The notes: generated by a model not told the origin, from the letters alone. Shown: positions 17,024 to 26,879, counted from the stretch's first letter. The stretch is 32,000 bases of DNA from Allobaculum fili (GCF_020969955.1 NZ_JAHDSX010000001.1:1-32000), one strand, 5' to 3'. Program-made: numbers and translations.

Positions 17024-17778
17024 GGAACCTCCATTCCAGGATTCGAACGCGGTTCGATCCGGGGGCTGTTTGAATGAATCCTATTATGACGCAGAATTAG
17101 CACAAGTACAGTAAGAGTGCCAGCCTTCGTCAATTTCACAAAATTTGGATTTTTTCTTCGAAAAGCGGGTAAGAAGGTCGGAAGAAAAATTTATCCATTC
17201 TCTGTAACAATATCGTACCCATCTGTTTCAGTCCTCAAAAATGAACGACAAAATCCTGTCTTGCAGAAGAGAACAGTTTGAAGATACAGGTCCAGAACGG
17301 CTTTGCCAATGGAAGAAATAGAGAATACCTCTCAACAATTTCTTAAGACAGACCGATAAGGTTTGCCCTTGCGCAGGAAGCCTGCCGCAGCCCTTTATTA
17401 GAGCGAAAATAATCGAAAATAATAAGGTACACAGGTCCGGTATCTATCGCGGATCTGATCGTTTTTTCGTACAGAATGACAGGAGTTTTGCCCGAAAACG
17501 GGAAGAGAAAACCAAAAATAAAGCAAAACGCTCGCGATACGCTCATGCTGAATATAGAAAAAGACGTTTCGTTCTTTCAAATACGCACGACAATGTATTT
17601 TCAGCAACAGACGTTGTTTTTAAAAAGAAAACCGTGTGATTTCCAAAAGCGAAACGCCGACAGGCAAAGGATTTTAAGGGGATCCAGGCGAACGAAAACA
17701 GGGGAAAAGAGAAAGCGGCTGCGCGCTGTGGGCAGGCGGCAGTGTACAAAAACAGGGAATTTGAGAAAGGAGACGGAA

Positions 17779-20700
17779 ATGAAAAAAGGACGAAAGATTT
17801 TGTCGGTGATCTTCTCGCTTTCGCTGCTGAGCCAGCCATACTCCATTTATGGAACGTCCGGCCCGAATGCACAGGAAGAAACGCTGCCTGAAACCGGAGA
17901 AGTCCGGCCAATGATTGAAGCCCTTTCGCAAAGCGCCGATCCAGATGCGGTCCTGTCGGCTGACTCTGAAGCGGCATCGCAGCCGCAGGAGAGCGTGCGA
18001 AAGAAGGCGAGCAGCTATCGCTACGCAGACGGATCCCGCGGCTTTTTTGCGTATCGAAACCAGAGCGAGGCGCTCCAGATTCTGAACGAAAAAGCGGCGT
18101 ATACCGAAATGGGCGCCGAACACGACGCGACCAGTCTGAAAAACATGCTGAAGTCGCTGGATATTCTCGAGGATGCCAACACGATCCGCCGCTTTCTGGG
18201 CAAGAGCGAATACAGGATCACGGACGCCCTGATGGCGCATTCGCAGATTCGGGCCAACTGGTCGTACGATCAGTATCACGAAAACGAAAATTACGATCAT
18301 GCGCCCCTCGACTGGGTATCCAAGCCCGCCGGCTGGATCAGCTGGGCGGAAAACCTCGATAATTTTGGATCGCCCGATCTCGACATGCTTCAGCGAGGCA
18401 ATCTGGCAATGCCGCGAAATTCCTTTGACGGCTGGTATTACTACGAAAAGGAACGGTACGAAAGCACAGCGGGAGCCAGTCTGGACGATCCGACGTATGG
18501 CCACTATGCGAACCTGATTCAAAATTACGCGTATGCCGGCGCGGCGTACATTCCCTTTGAGGACTACCGCGGACAGGAATACGGTACGGAACTGCAGAAC
18601 TTTATGAATTATCGAAGCGCACCCGCGCAAAGCTATACGGTCGCGCAGTATCGCCGGCTTTTAGAAGACTATATTCGCCAGCTGCCCGACGCCCCGCTCT
18701 TTGTGAATGCAGTACTTTCCAATGTGCCAGACTGCACGTATACCGGCGAGGCGCAGACACCGGCAGCAACGGTCACCCTGGTCGATGCCGTTCTGATCGA
18801 AGGCCAGGACTATACCCTGCAGTATCAGAACAATGTGAACGCGGGAACCGCCACAATCATCGCGACGGGATGCGGCAAGTATTCCGGAACCGTACGAACG
18901 ACGTTTGAGATTGCGCCCAGATCCATCGAATCGGGATCCGTTTCGGGAATGCCGGGAATGGTGCGCAGTCTGGCCGAACTCGAAGCGGCTGACCTGCAAG
19001 TCGAATGCGACGGCCATCAGCTGGTCAAAGGTGTCGACTTCACGGTGGAATGCGAAGAGCTGCCGCTGGGCGACAATTATCACACGCCGTATCAGGCGAT
19101 GATCCGCGGGATCGGTAACTACTGCGGCGAGAAGCAGGAGCTTGTATTCGGCCCCATGCGCATCGATGTGCTGGCCGATACGTATCCCATTGCGGATGTC
19201 ACGTACACGGGAGAACCGCTCACTCCGCCGGTAACGCTTTCCTACGGACGCATTTTGCAGGAAGGTGAGGATTACACGCTGCGTTATGTGAACAACTGCA
19301 ACGCGGGGGAAGCCTCGGTCGTCATCGAAGGCATCGGCAGTTATGGCGGAACGATTACCCAGACGTTCCAGATTCGTCCCGAGTCGATCGGCAATGCCGT
19401 CGTCTCCAGTCTTCCCGAATCCGTAAACAGTCTGTCTGAACTTCAGAACGTACAGCCGTACGTACAGAACGGCTTCACGCCGCTTATCGAAAATCAGGAT
19501 TACACGGTGGCGCACGAACAGGTGACCAGCGCGCAGGGAACCGATTATTTCCGTCTGACGATTACCGGCAAAGGCAATTACAAAGGAAAACTGGTTCGAA
19601 CCTGGGGCGGACCGAAGACGCTCGAAAATGCGTGGATGTCCAGTCTGGACGATCTGATCTATACCGGAAAGGCGCTTCGGCCCCGTCCAAACCTCTGGTT
19701 TAACGAAACCCTGCTCGTGGAAGGCCAGGATTACCGGCTTCACTATACGAACAATGTGAACGCCGGCGAAGCGACGATCACCGCGATCGGCATGGGAGAC
19801 TATTCCGGAGCGCTTTCCCAGACGTTCCGCATTTCCATCCGCTCCATCAGCAACGGCGTCCAGATTGAGGGAATTCCCGATTACGCGGATCTCGATCAGC
19901 AGATCGACGAAGACGATCCGATTCTGGTCTGTGACGGCGTGGAAATTCCCCGCAGCGACTATACGGTGGACCTTTCGCGTGTCGAGTGGGAAGGGCAGGC
20001 GTACGTCTGGCGTTTTACCTTTACCGGCGTAAACAACTGCACCGGCATTTTGCATAATGCGGTCTACCGCAAGGAAGATCTGTCCAGACTTTCACTTTCC
20101 ATCGACGATCAGACGTTTACCGGGCAGGAAATCCGTCCGGAAATTTCCGCGATTCTCGACGGCGTGCCGTTAAGCGAAAACTGGAACTACACCCTGCGCT
20201 TTCTGCACAATGTGCATGCTGGCACCGCAACCGTCATTCTGACGGGCATCGGCGCCTACGCGGGCGAAAAGCGGGTTGACTTCCAGATTTTGCCGGATAC
20301 GGTACGGAATCTGGATATCGAGGTCGATCACGTACGCGAAATTCAGAACGCCCAGCAGCTTGAGGACAACATGCGCGTTCTCATCCGGGAAACCCGGCAG
20401 CCGGCCGATCCGGCCGACTACATCGCGGAAGTCGTTTCCGTCAATCTCGACACGCACCGCGCTGTGATCCGTCTGACGGGGAAGCGGGACTATACGGGTT
20501 CGCGGGAGTTCATTTTCGATATCGGCGGACCGAGAGAAGATGAAATCAGGCCGGAAGACAGCACGGCAATGTACCGTCTGTACAATCCGAACACCGGCGA
20601 ACATTTTTACACCGCCGATTCGCGCGAACGGAATTATCTTTCGAGCATCGGCTGGAACGACGAGGGACTGGCGTGGATCGCGCCCGTACAGTCGCACACG

Positions 20701-20973
20701 CCGGTGTACCGTCTGTACAATCCCAACGCCGGCGATCATCACTACACGCCGGATCCGCAGGAATATATTTTCCTGCAAAACGCCGGCTGGCAAAGCGAGG
20801 GCATCGGCTGGTATTCCGATGACGCCAGAGGACAGGCGCTGCTTCGTCTGTACAATCCCAATACGACCGGCGCGGGCGCCCATCACTACACCACCGACGC
20901 GCATGAACGCGATTATTTGCAGAATATCGGCTGGAAAGATGAAGGCGTCGGCTGGTACGGAAAAGCTCAGTAG
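17779..20973 (+). CDS. Large secreted/surface protein: signal peptide, CAP/SCP-like domain, eight alternating Ig-like repeat modules, three DUF5648-like C-terminal repeats
   Basis: SD aaaggaga 5 nt upstream of ATG 17779; the track ORF start at 17476 is an upstream open frame. MKKGRKILSVIFSLSLLSQPYSIYG signal. 'GHYANLIQNYAYAGAAY' CAP-like motif. Four 'YTG....P...L.EGQDY.L.Y.NN.NAG.AT' modules alternate with four different modules (about 18700-20530). Three 'YRLYNPN.G.HHYT' repeats at about 20560-20970. Confidence 0.85.
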   Translation: MKKGRKILSVIFSLSLLSQPYSIYGTSGPNAQEETLPETGEVRPMIEALSQSADPDAVLSADSEAASQPQESVRKKASSYRYADGSRGFFAYRNQSEALQILNEKAAYTEMGAEHDATSLKNMLKSLDILEDANTIRRFLGKSEYRITDALMAHSQIRANWSYDQYHENENYDHAPLDWVSKPAGWISWAENLDNFGSPDLDMLQRGNLAMPRNSFDGWYYYEKERYESTAGASLDDPTYGHYANLIQNYAYAGAAYIPFEDYRGQEYGTELQNFMNYRSAPAQSYTVAQYRRLLEDYIRQLPDAPLFVNAVLSNVPDCTYTGEAQTPAATVTLVDAVLIEGQDYTLQYQNNVNAGTATIIATGCGKYSGTVRTTFEIAPRSIESGSVSGMPGMVRSLAELEAADLQVECDGHQLVKGVDFTVECEELPLGDNYHTPYQAMIRGIGNYCGEKQELVFGPMRIDVLADTYPIADVTYTGEPLTPPVTLSYGRILQEGEDYTLRYVNNCNAGEASVVIEGIGSYGGTITQTFQIRPESIGNAVVSSLPESVNSLSELQNVQPYVQNGFTPLIENQDYTVAHEQVTSAQGTDYFRLTITGKGNYKGKLVRTWGGPKTLENAWMSSLDDLIYTGKALRPRPNLWFNETLLVEGQDYRLHYTNNVNAGEATITAIGMGDYSGALSQTFRISIRSISNGVQIEGIPDYADLDQQIDEDDPILVCDGVEIPRSDYTVDLSRVEWEGQAYVWRFTFTGVNNCTGILHNAVYRKEDLSRLSLSIDDQTFTGQEIRPEISAILDGVPLSENWNYTLRFLHNVHAGTATVILTGIGAYAGEKRVDFQILPDTVRNLDIEVDHVREIQNAQQLEDNMRVLIRETRQPADPADYIAEVVSVNLDTHRAVIRLTGKRDYTGSREFIFDIGGPREDEIRPEDSTAMYRLYNPNTGEHFYTADSRERNYLSSIGWNDEGLAWIAPVQSHTPVYRLYNPNAGDHHYTPDPQEYIFLQNAGWQSEGIGWYSDDARGQALLRLYNPNTTGAGAHHYTTDAHERDYLQNIGWKDEGVGWYGKAQ

Positions 20974-21066
20974 ATCCGCCTGCAGGCGCTTCCTGCCCAA
21001 AATCAGTCCAGAAACACAGAAATACAGAAATACACAAACCTGGAAATCCAGAGATACAGATACACG

Positions 21067-21105
21067 AAAAGCCGGCCGCAGTCTGAACTGCGGCCGGCTT
21101 GGTTT
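21067..21105. terminator. Bidirectional intrinsic terminator between the convergent surface-protein gene and tyrA
   Basis: Perfect 11-bp stem gccggccgcag (21071-21081) / ctgcggccggc (21088-21098), 6-nt loop, A-run upstream and ttggttt downstream. Confidence 0.85.
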
Positions 21106-21132
21106 ATGTGCAGAGAAATGGATGGTCCTGGG

Positions 21133-21966
21133 CTAGTCGAATTTCTTTCGGCGCTTGGTGGACAGCTTCATCATTTCCTTCATCGTCCGGGAATCGTCAT
21201 TTTTGAGCGCTTCCTTGAAGTCTTCAAGCGTGGTCTGGAACTGCTCGATTTCCTTGAGCAGCAGATCTTTATTGAGCAGGAAGAGTTCGCTCCACATTTC
21301 CTCATTAATGGAAGCAATGCGGGTCAGATCGCGGAACGAGTCGCCGGTGTATTCGACCAGATGCTCATTTTCGTGGGTATCCATCAGCGTAACGGCGATC
21401 ACGTGCGTCAGCTGGGAGAGAAAAGCGATCATTTCATCGTGCTCTTCGGCGGAAAGAACGGAAATGTTCTTGCAGCCGAGGTCCTTGGCTAAAGAGCTGA
21501 CCTTGACGATGCTGGACGCTGTGTTTTTTTCGTGCGGAATCAGGATGAAGTTGGCTTGCCGGAAAATTTCCGGATTGGCGAATTCAATGCCTTTGGATTC
21601 GCGGCCGCACATCGGGTGAATGGACATGAGCTCAAGGTCGTCGCGAAGAATTTCCTGAACCGGCTCCATGACCGCACGCTTAACGCCGCTGATTTCCAGC
21701 AGCAGCGTGCCGGGTGCAAAGTGGCTCTGCCATGCGGCGATCCAGTCTTTGAGCAGGGTGGGATAAATGCAGAAAATGACCATTTCACACTGGTTCAGAC
21801 CGGAAGAGAAATCCGCAAAGCCTTCATCAATCCAGCCTCTTTCCTTAGCCTGACGAAGGGAATGTCCGTTGGGATCGAAACCGAGAACCCGCCAGCCGAG
21901 TTCCTTCATGCGTCCGCAGAAGGACCCGCCCATTACGCCAAGACCGACAACACCGACAGTTTTCAT
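21133..21966 (-). CDS. tyrA: Prephenate dehydrogenase
   Basis: 277 aa with an N-terminal Rossmann motif VGVVGLGVMGGS and overall TyrA-like sequence. 4-nt overlap with aroA. Confidence 0.85.
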   Translation of the reverse strand: MKTVGVVGLGVMGGSFCGRMKELGWRVLGFDPNGHSLRQAKERGWIDEGFADFSSGLNQCEMVIFCIYPTLLKDWIAAWQSHFAPGTLLLEISGVKRAVMEPVQEILRDDLELMSIHPMCGRESKGIEFANPEIFRQANFILIPHEKNTASSIVKVSSLAKDLGCKNISVLSAEEHDEMIAFLSQLTHVIAVTLMDTHENEHLVEYTGDSFRDLTRIASINEEMWSELFLLNKDLLLKEIEQFQTTLEDFKEALKNDDSRTMKEMMKLSTKRRKKFD

Positions 21967-23255
21967 GAACGTACTACCTTTCCTTTCAAAGCCAGAAGAT
22001 CGTTAAAGAAATGCGGATAGCTTTTCGTGACGGCCTGGGCATCCTGAATCTGTTCAGGACTTTTCGCGCAAAGACCGAAAATGGCCATTGCCATGGCGAT
22101 GCGATGATCGTTATGGCTGTCGATGACAGCCGGATGATCGAGACAGTAGGAAGACTGGCCATGAATAATAATTTCGTCTTCCGTACTCGTAATGTCCACG
22201 CCCCATTTGCGCAGTTCGTCTTCCATCGCCGCAATCCGGTCACACTCTTTGTAGCGCAGCCGGGAAGCGTGAGTAAGAACGGTTTTTCCCGGGCAACAGG
22301 CGCCGAGCACGCAAAGAATCGGTCCAAGATCCGGACAGTCGGCTAGATCAAAGGTAAAGCCGTGCAGCCGGCCTTTGACAGCCTGCAGGCCCTGACTGGT
22401 CCAGTGGAGCGTTCCGCCGGCTTTTTCGATGGCCTGTGTGATGACGGCATCGCCCTGCAGGGAATCGGGATTAAGACCTTCGACGACAATGGACGCGCCC
22501 AGCGCGCCGGCTACGAGAAAGAATGCGGCCTGCGACCAGTCGGCTTCGATGCTTACGCTGGCCGGCTGATAGTGCTGATCGGGCGTGATGCGATAGCCGT
22601 TTTCTGAGGGCTCTTCGATGTGAACGCCAAACGTCTTCATCATGTCCGCGGTCAGGCGCACATAGGACTGGGACTGATACGGCGGAAGCACCGCGATTTC
22701 CGCGCCGCCAATAAGCGGTGCACTCATAAGCAGTCCGGAAATGAACTGGCTGGAAATGCTGCCATCGAGCGTGAACAGACCGCTTTTTAAAGGGCCCTGG
22801 AACGTGATGGCTTCGCCGGACTGTTCAAATTTCAGATTCTGTTCGGCAAAGATGTTCGCATAGACGCCCATCGGCCGGGAAAGCAGGGACGGCTTGCCCA
22901 GAAAGCGGACTTCCTCCGGACCGGCAGCGGCGATCGGAATCAGAAAGCGGATCGTCGAGCCGGATTCAAAGGCATCCAGCACTGCCGGCTTCTGGGGATC
23001 GTTTTTTGCGGGATTGCATCCGCGAATATGAAGGGTACGAAAAAGCGGGCCAGAGCCGGGGTCTTCTTCAATGTGCGCGCCTAAAGCCTGCAGGCAGCCG
23101 ATCGTGGCTTCCATGTCCTTGGAATGGCCAAGATGGGTAATGACGGATTCGCCGTCGGCCAGACCGGCGCAGATCAGGGCGCGGTGGCCGAGCGATTTGG
23201 AAGGCGGAACGCGAAGCGATCCTTCAAGATCGGAGGGTTCAATCCAGACTTTCAT
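21963..23255 (-). CDS. aroA: 3-phosphoshikimate 1-carboxyvinyltransferase (EPSP synthase)
   Basis: 430 aa with 'PPSKSLGHRALICAGLADGES' and further EPSP synthase motifs. The start overlaps the aroC stop by 1 nt. Confidence 0.95.
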   Translation of the reverse strand: MKVWIEPSDLEGSLRVPPSKSLGHRALICAGLADGESVITHLGHSKDMEATIGCLQALGAHIEEDPGSGPLFRTLHIRGCNPAKNDPQKPAVLDAFESGSTIRFLIPIAAAGPEEVRFLGKPSLLSRPMGVYANIFAEQNLKFEQSGEAITFQGPLKSGLFTLDGSISSQFISGLLMSAPLIGGAEIAVLPPYQSQSYVRLTADMMKTFGVHIEEPSENGYRITPDQHYQPASVSIEADWSQAAFFLVAGALGASIVVEGLNPDSLQGDAVITQAIEKAGGTLHWTSQGLQAVKGRLHGFTFDLADCPDLGPILCVLGACCPGKTVLTHASRLRYKECDRIAAMEDELRKWGVDITSTEDEIIIHGQSSYCLDHPAVIDSHNDHRIAMAMAIFGLCAKSPEQIQDAQAVTKSYPHFFNDLLALKGKVVRS

Positions 23256-24427
23256 TACACAGTCTCCTTTCCATCCCCTGCAGAGGGCTGCGGTTTCGAA
23301 TCGGATTTTCCAGAAGCAGGCGCTTCAAACGGGCGCAGCGCTTCCTTAGTCATCCACAAATCGAGCAGACAGAAGGCGGTCATGGCGTCAACGACCGCTC
23401 TGGCCCGGTGAATAATCGCCGGATCGTGCCGGCCCTTGATCGCCAGCTTGACGTTCTGTCGGGTCTGATAGTCCGCGCTGTCCTGTTCGAGATAAATCGA
23501 GGGGGTCGGCTTGATGCACGTCTGAAACAAAATCGGCATGCCGTTGGTAATGCCGCCGTTGATGCCCCCGTTGTTATTGGTTTCGGTATACAGGTTTCCG
23601 CAGTCATCGGCCTGAATCGGGTCGTTGGCCTGCGAGCCCGTCATGGACGCAAAGCCAAAGCCGGCGCCGAAGCTGACGCCTTTGATGGCGGGAATCGAGA
23701 AAAGCCCGTGCGAGAGACGGCTTTCTGCGGAGTCGAAAAACGGTTCGCCTACACCGGCGGGAAAGCCGGTAACGCCCGTCTGCAAAATTCCGCCTACGCT
23801 GTCGAGTTCGGCCGAAGCGTTTTCGATGACCTCCTGCATGCGCGCGCTCACTTCATCGTCCGCGGCTGGAAATTCCAGCGCGGAAAGCTTATCGAGCAGC
23901 GATTCGAGCTCGGCGGGGTTCAGACTGGCCATGGAAACGGCGTTGACATGACCAAGCTGGAGAATCTGGGTGCCGATGTGCACGCCTTTGGATTCAAGAA
24001 TCTGGCGGCAGATCGCACCCGCGGCAACGACCGGCGCGGTCAGCCGGCCGGAAAAGTGACCGCCGCCGCGATAGTCCTGCCAGCCGTTATATTTTTCAAA
24101 CGCGCTCCAATCCGCGTGGCCCGGACGCAGGCGCGTTTTAAGCTTCGCATAGTCCTGCGAGCGGGTATTGGTGTTTTCAATGAGAAGGCAGAGCGGGGTG
24201 CCGGTCGTATGGCCTTCGAAAAAGCCGGAGACGATCCGGACCTGATCGGCTTCCTGCCGCTTTGTGGATAAGGCGCCTTTGGCTTTGCGCTTTTCCATTT
24301 CAAAGTTCAGCTTGTCCAGATCGATTGCAAAGCCGGCAGGCAGTCCGTCCAGAACGGCACCGATCATTTCGCCGTGGCTTTCTCCAAAAATGGTCAGCGC
24401 AATCTGTTCACCGAATGTGTTTTTCAT
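23255..24427 (-). CDS. aroC: Chorismate synthase
   Basis: 390 aa with 'FGESHG..IGAVLDGLPAG', 'RPGHADW' and 'GGGHFSGR' motifs, plus a low-complexity C-terminal tail. Confidence 0.95.
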   Translation of the reverse strand: MKNTFGEQIALTIFGESHGEMIGAVLDGLPAGFAIDLDKLNFEMEKRKAKGALSTKRQEADQVRIVSGFFEGHTTGTPLCLLIENTNTRSQDYAKLKTRLRPGHADWSAFEKYNGWQDYRGGGHFSGRLTAPVVAAGAICRQILESKGVHIGTQILQLGHVNAVSMASLNPAELESLLDKLSALEFPAADDEVSARMQEVIENASAELDSVGGILQTGVTGFPAGVGEPFFDSAESRLSHGLFSIPAIKGVSFGAGFGFASMTGSQANDPIQADDCGNLYTETNNNGGINGGITNGMPILFQTCIKPTPSIYLEQDSADYQTRQNVKLAIKGRHDPAIIHRARAVVDAMTAFCLLDLWMTKEALRPFEAPASGKSDSKPQPSAGDGKETV

Positions 24428-25430
24428 ACGGATCTTCCTCCATCATCTGATCGAGATGCCCAACATCCCGGGTCTCAAAGCGGAAATGGCCGGGTTCATC
24501 GACGATGACGCAGGCGATGCCGGTATCGTTTCCTTTTTTGTCGCTGCGAATGAGGCGGGACGCTTCCTGACGGTCAAAGTCATGAATTTCCGGAAGATGG
24601 AGCTTCTCGTAAATGCGCAGCACGCGCTCTTTGAGTTGAGGATTTTCAATAAAGTAAAGCATGCCTGTCGCAACGCATTCGCCATGCAGATAGTCATGGT
24701 CCGGATAGCTGCCTTCAATGGCGTGGCCGATGGTGTGACCAAAGTTCAGCGCCTTGCGCAGGCCGGCTTCCTTTTCGTCCTGTTCGACGACGATCCGCTT
24801 CAGATCGATCGAACGGGCAATGATGGCGTCGATATCGAGCGTATCCTGTTCAAACATCGCGATGAGTTCGGGATCAAAGAGCAAACCCATTTTCAGCGCT
24901 TCGGCTAGACCGGCTGAAATCTGTCTCGCATCGAGCGTAGAGAGAACGTCGGGATCTATGATGACGGCTTTTGGCTGCCAGAAGGCGCCGACGATGTTTT
25001 TGACCGGTCCGAGATCGACCGCAGTCTTGCCCCCGACGGAAGAGTCGACCTGCGAGAGAACGGTCGTGGGAATGTTATAGAAATCAATGCCGCGCATGTA
25101 GCAGGCAGCAGCAAAGCCAGCCATGTCGCCGGCGACGCCGCCGCCCAGCGCGATGGCCTGACTTTTGCGGTTGAGACCGGCATTGCACATAGCGATCAGC
25201 AGCTGTTCGAAAGTCTGCAGATTTTTCGAACCTTCGCCCTGCTCAAAACAAAAAACGTCCAGATGATCAAACTGTCCTGCGGCCAGATCCACCCATTTTT
25301 TTGGGATCCCGGAATCGCAGACCAGAATCGACGGACGGCTGGTCTCAAGGCGTGAAGAAAGGTTTTGCAAAGCTCCGCGCTCAATCCAGATGGGATACGA
25401 GGAGCCGGGAAGATTTACATTCAGTTTCAT
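24408..25430 (-). CDS. aroB: 3-dehydroquinate synthase
   Basis: 340 aa with 'ALGGGVAGDMAGFAAACYMRGIDFYNIPTTVLSQVDSSVGGKTAVD' and 'LNFGHTIGHAIE'. 20-nt overlap with aroC. Confidence 0.95.
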   Translation of the reverse strand: MKLNVNLPGSSYPIWIERGALQNLSSRLETSRPSILVCDSGIPKKWVDLAAGQFDHLDVFCFEQGEGSKNLQTFEQLLIAMCNAGLNRKSQAIALGGGVAGDMAGFAAACYMRGIDFYNIPTTVLSQVDSSVGGKTAVDLGPVKNIVGAFWQPKAVIIDPDVLSTLDARQISAGLAEALKMGLLFDPELIAMFEQDTLDIDAIIARSIDLKRIVVEQDEKEAGLRKALNFGHTIGHAIEGSYPDHDYLHGECVATGMLYFIENPQLKERVLRIYEKLHLPEIHDFDRQEASRLIRSDKKGNDTGIACVIVDEPGHFRFETRDVGHLDQMMEEDPYEKHIR

Positions 25431-25453
25431 AATCGGTTTCCTTTTTACACGCT

Positions 25454-25462
25454 ATTTTAGCA
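25454..25462 (-). promoter_or_regulatory. Candidate extended -10 element (TGcTAAAAT) for the aro operon
   Basis: The reverse strand reads tgctaaaat about 25 nt upstream of the aroB ATG, with SD aaagga in between. No strong -35 is seen. Confidence 0.3.
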
Positions 25463-25550
25463 TTCCTTTACACGACATCCGAATATCGGGAAGGATCGCC
25501 CGGACAAATTGATTTTTAAATGCACCAAACGGTCATTTTAAAGCCGCTGG

Positions 25551-25593
25551 AAAAGAGAAAGACGAAGACCGGAAAATCCGTTCGATTCCGGTC
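25551..25593 (-). terminator. Second hairpin plus U-rich tract between the GT2 gene and aroB (tandem terminator or attenuator)
   Basis: 8-bp stem gaccggaa (25567-25574) / ttccggtc (25586-25593), followed on the minus strand by ttcgtctttctctttt. Confidence 0.35.
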
Positions 25594-25697
25594 GAACCGG
25601 CCTGGCGAACGAAGGAGATGCGAGAACGAATCCGCCCGAATAGGCTCTGCGCTTCTTTCTTTCGTGCGGTTCGGGTGATTCGTGCACATCCGCCCAT

Positions 25698-25722
25698 AAA
25701 AAAACGCCAGCCTGAGCTGGCG
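25698..25722 (-). terminator. Intrinsic terminator of the GT2 gene
   Basis: 7-bp stem cgccagc / gctggcg with a 4-nt loop, followed on the minus strand by a T7 run (A-run 25698-25704 on the plus strand). Confidence 0.8.
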
Positions 25723-25801
25723 CGATGGGCGAAAGGGGATGGAAAGCGGCGATCAAGTGCAGGCGAGCGTGCGTCAGCGGACCGATTGCTTCATTCGATG
25801 C

Positions 25802-26824
25802 TTAAAGCGTATTTTCGAGAATCAATTCTTCGGTTTCACCGGAAAGCTTCTTGTCGAACTTTTTCTGATCGTGAATGGCTTTTTCCAGACGGCGGTCCTG
25901 GTCGTGTTCCAGACGCATCATCGTCAGCGCGTGCTCAAACTGCGTTTTCTGCGATTTGCGCAGAGACGTAAGAATTACGCCGGTAAAGAAGTTCAGGAAG
26001 GCGAACAGGGCGATCATCGTGATGATCATCAGTGTCGGCATTTTGAGCACCAGACCGGTGTTGAGGAATTCAATCCAGATCGGGATGAACAGCGCGAGGG
26101 CGATGATCATCAGAATAATGGCGATGGTATTGAAAAACGCGAACGGACGCGTATCGCGAAGAAGACGGCCGATGGTGTACAGAACTTTCGTTCCATCGGA
26201 AATCGTGTTCAGTTTGGAAACGCTGCCTGCCGGACGGTCGCGGTAGCGGATCGGCAGCTCTTCGAGCTTCATGTTGTGGTCGAGGGCGAAAATCGTCATT
26301 TCGGTTTCGATTTCAAAGCCTTTGGACGTAACGGGGAAGGATTTTACAAAGTCCCAGGAAAATGCGCGAAGACCTGTCATGATGTCGCGGACGTTGGAAT
26401 CAAAAAACGTGTTGATCAGGCCGCGCACCAGACGGTTTCCGGTGTTGTGGAACAGGCGTTTGTTTTCGGTGAAGTACGTGGAAGAAAGGCGGTCGCCGAT
26501 GGCCATGTCTGCGCCGTGCTCCAGAACGGCTTTTTCCAGTTTCCTGGCATCTTCGGCCGGGTACGTGTCGTCGCCGTCCACAATGATGTAGCAGTCGGCA
26601 TCGATGTCGCGGAACATGCTGCGGACAACGTTGCCTTTGCCCTGTTTGTGTTCGTAGCGGACGATGGCGCCGGCGTTTCTGGCGATTTCATCGGTGTGGT
26701 CGGAGGAGTTGTTATCGTATACGTAAATCTCTGCGTGCGGGAACGCTTCGGCGTAATCGCGGACGACTTTTTCGATTGTGGCCGATTCGTTATAGCAGGG
26801 GATAAGAATTGCAGTCTTTTTCAT
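25802..26824 (-). CDS. Family 2 glycosyltransferase, polyprenyl-phosphate sugar transferase-like (GtrB/CsbB/DPM1-like) with two C-terminal TM helices
   Basis: 340 aa from ATG 26824 (MKKTAILIPCYNE...). 'VDGDDTYP' DxD-type motif. C-terminal hydrophobic segments FAFFNTIAIILMIIALALFIPIWI and TLMIITMIALFAFLNFFTGVIL. The track ORF extends 83 codons further upstream. Confidence 0.85.
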   Translation of the reverse strand: MKKTAILIPCYNESATIEKVVRDYAEAFPHAEIYVYDNNSSDHTDEIARNAGAIVRYEHKQGKGNVVRSMFRDIDADCYIIVDGDDTYPAEDARKLEKAVLEHGADMAIGDRLSSTYFTENKRLFHNTGNRLVRGLINTFFDSNVRDIMTGLRAFSWDFVKSFPVTSKGFEIETEMTIFALDHNMKLEELPIRYRDRPAGSVSKLNTISDGTKVLYTIGRLLRDTRPFAFFNTIAIILMIIALALFIPIWIEFLNTGLVLKMPTLMIITMIALFAFLNFFTGVILTSLRKSQKTQFEHALTMMRLEHDQDRRLEKAIHDQKKFDKKLSGETEELILENTL

Positions 26825-26839
26825 AATGAGTCCATTATA

Positions 26840-26879
26840 AAGAAAAAAACAGAGGGCATAAAGAAAAACAGAGGGCATA
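26840..26879. repeat. Tandem ~20-nt direct repeat immediately upstream of the GT2 start codon
   Basis: aagaaaaaaacagagggcata (26840-26860) and aagaaaaacagagggcata (26861-26879), followed by a partial third copy aagaaaata. Confidence 0.8.

Noticed and set aside
17031-17066. tRNA T-loop-like strings (ggttcgatcc on the plus strand, gttcgaatcc on the minus strand) next to the ftsH start
   Set aside because: There is no matching T-stem, acceptor stem, D-arm or anticodon arm in the flanking ~80 nt on either strand, and the strings overlap the ftsH SD/start region.
17640-17710. c-di-GMP-I riboswitch-like start 'acaggcaaagg' upstream of the surface-protein gene
   Set aside because: The downstream conserved 'GACGCAAAGCC'-type element and the paired helices are not present.
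17476-17778. 101-codon N-terminal extension of the surface-protein ORF
   Set aside because: The extension is K/R-rich junk. A strong SD and a classic signal peptide begin at ATG 17779.
18661-20055. 464-aa minus-strand ORF (plus 17674-18630 and 20170-21000) antisense to the surface-protein gene
   Set aside because: These are shadow ORFs. The composition is R/G/I/V-rich with no recognisable domains or SD, and the sense strand shows clear repeat-domain architecture.
21008-21066. Short repeats (acagaaatacagaaatacaca...cagagatacagatacacg) as a possible CRISPR or minisatellite
   Set aside because: These are degenerate 7-8-nt low-complexity repeats over ~55 nt. There is no repeat-spacer organisation and there are no cas genes.
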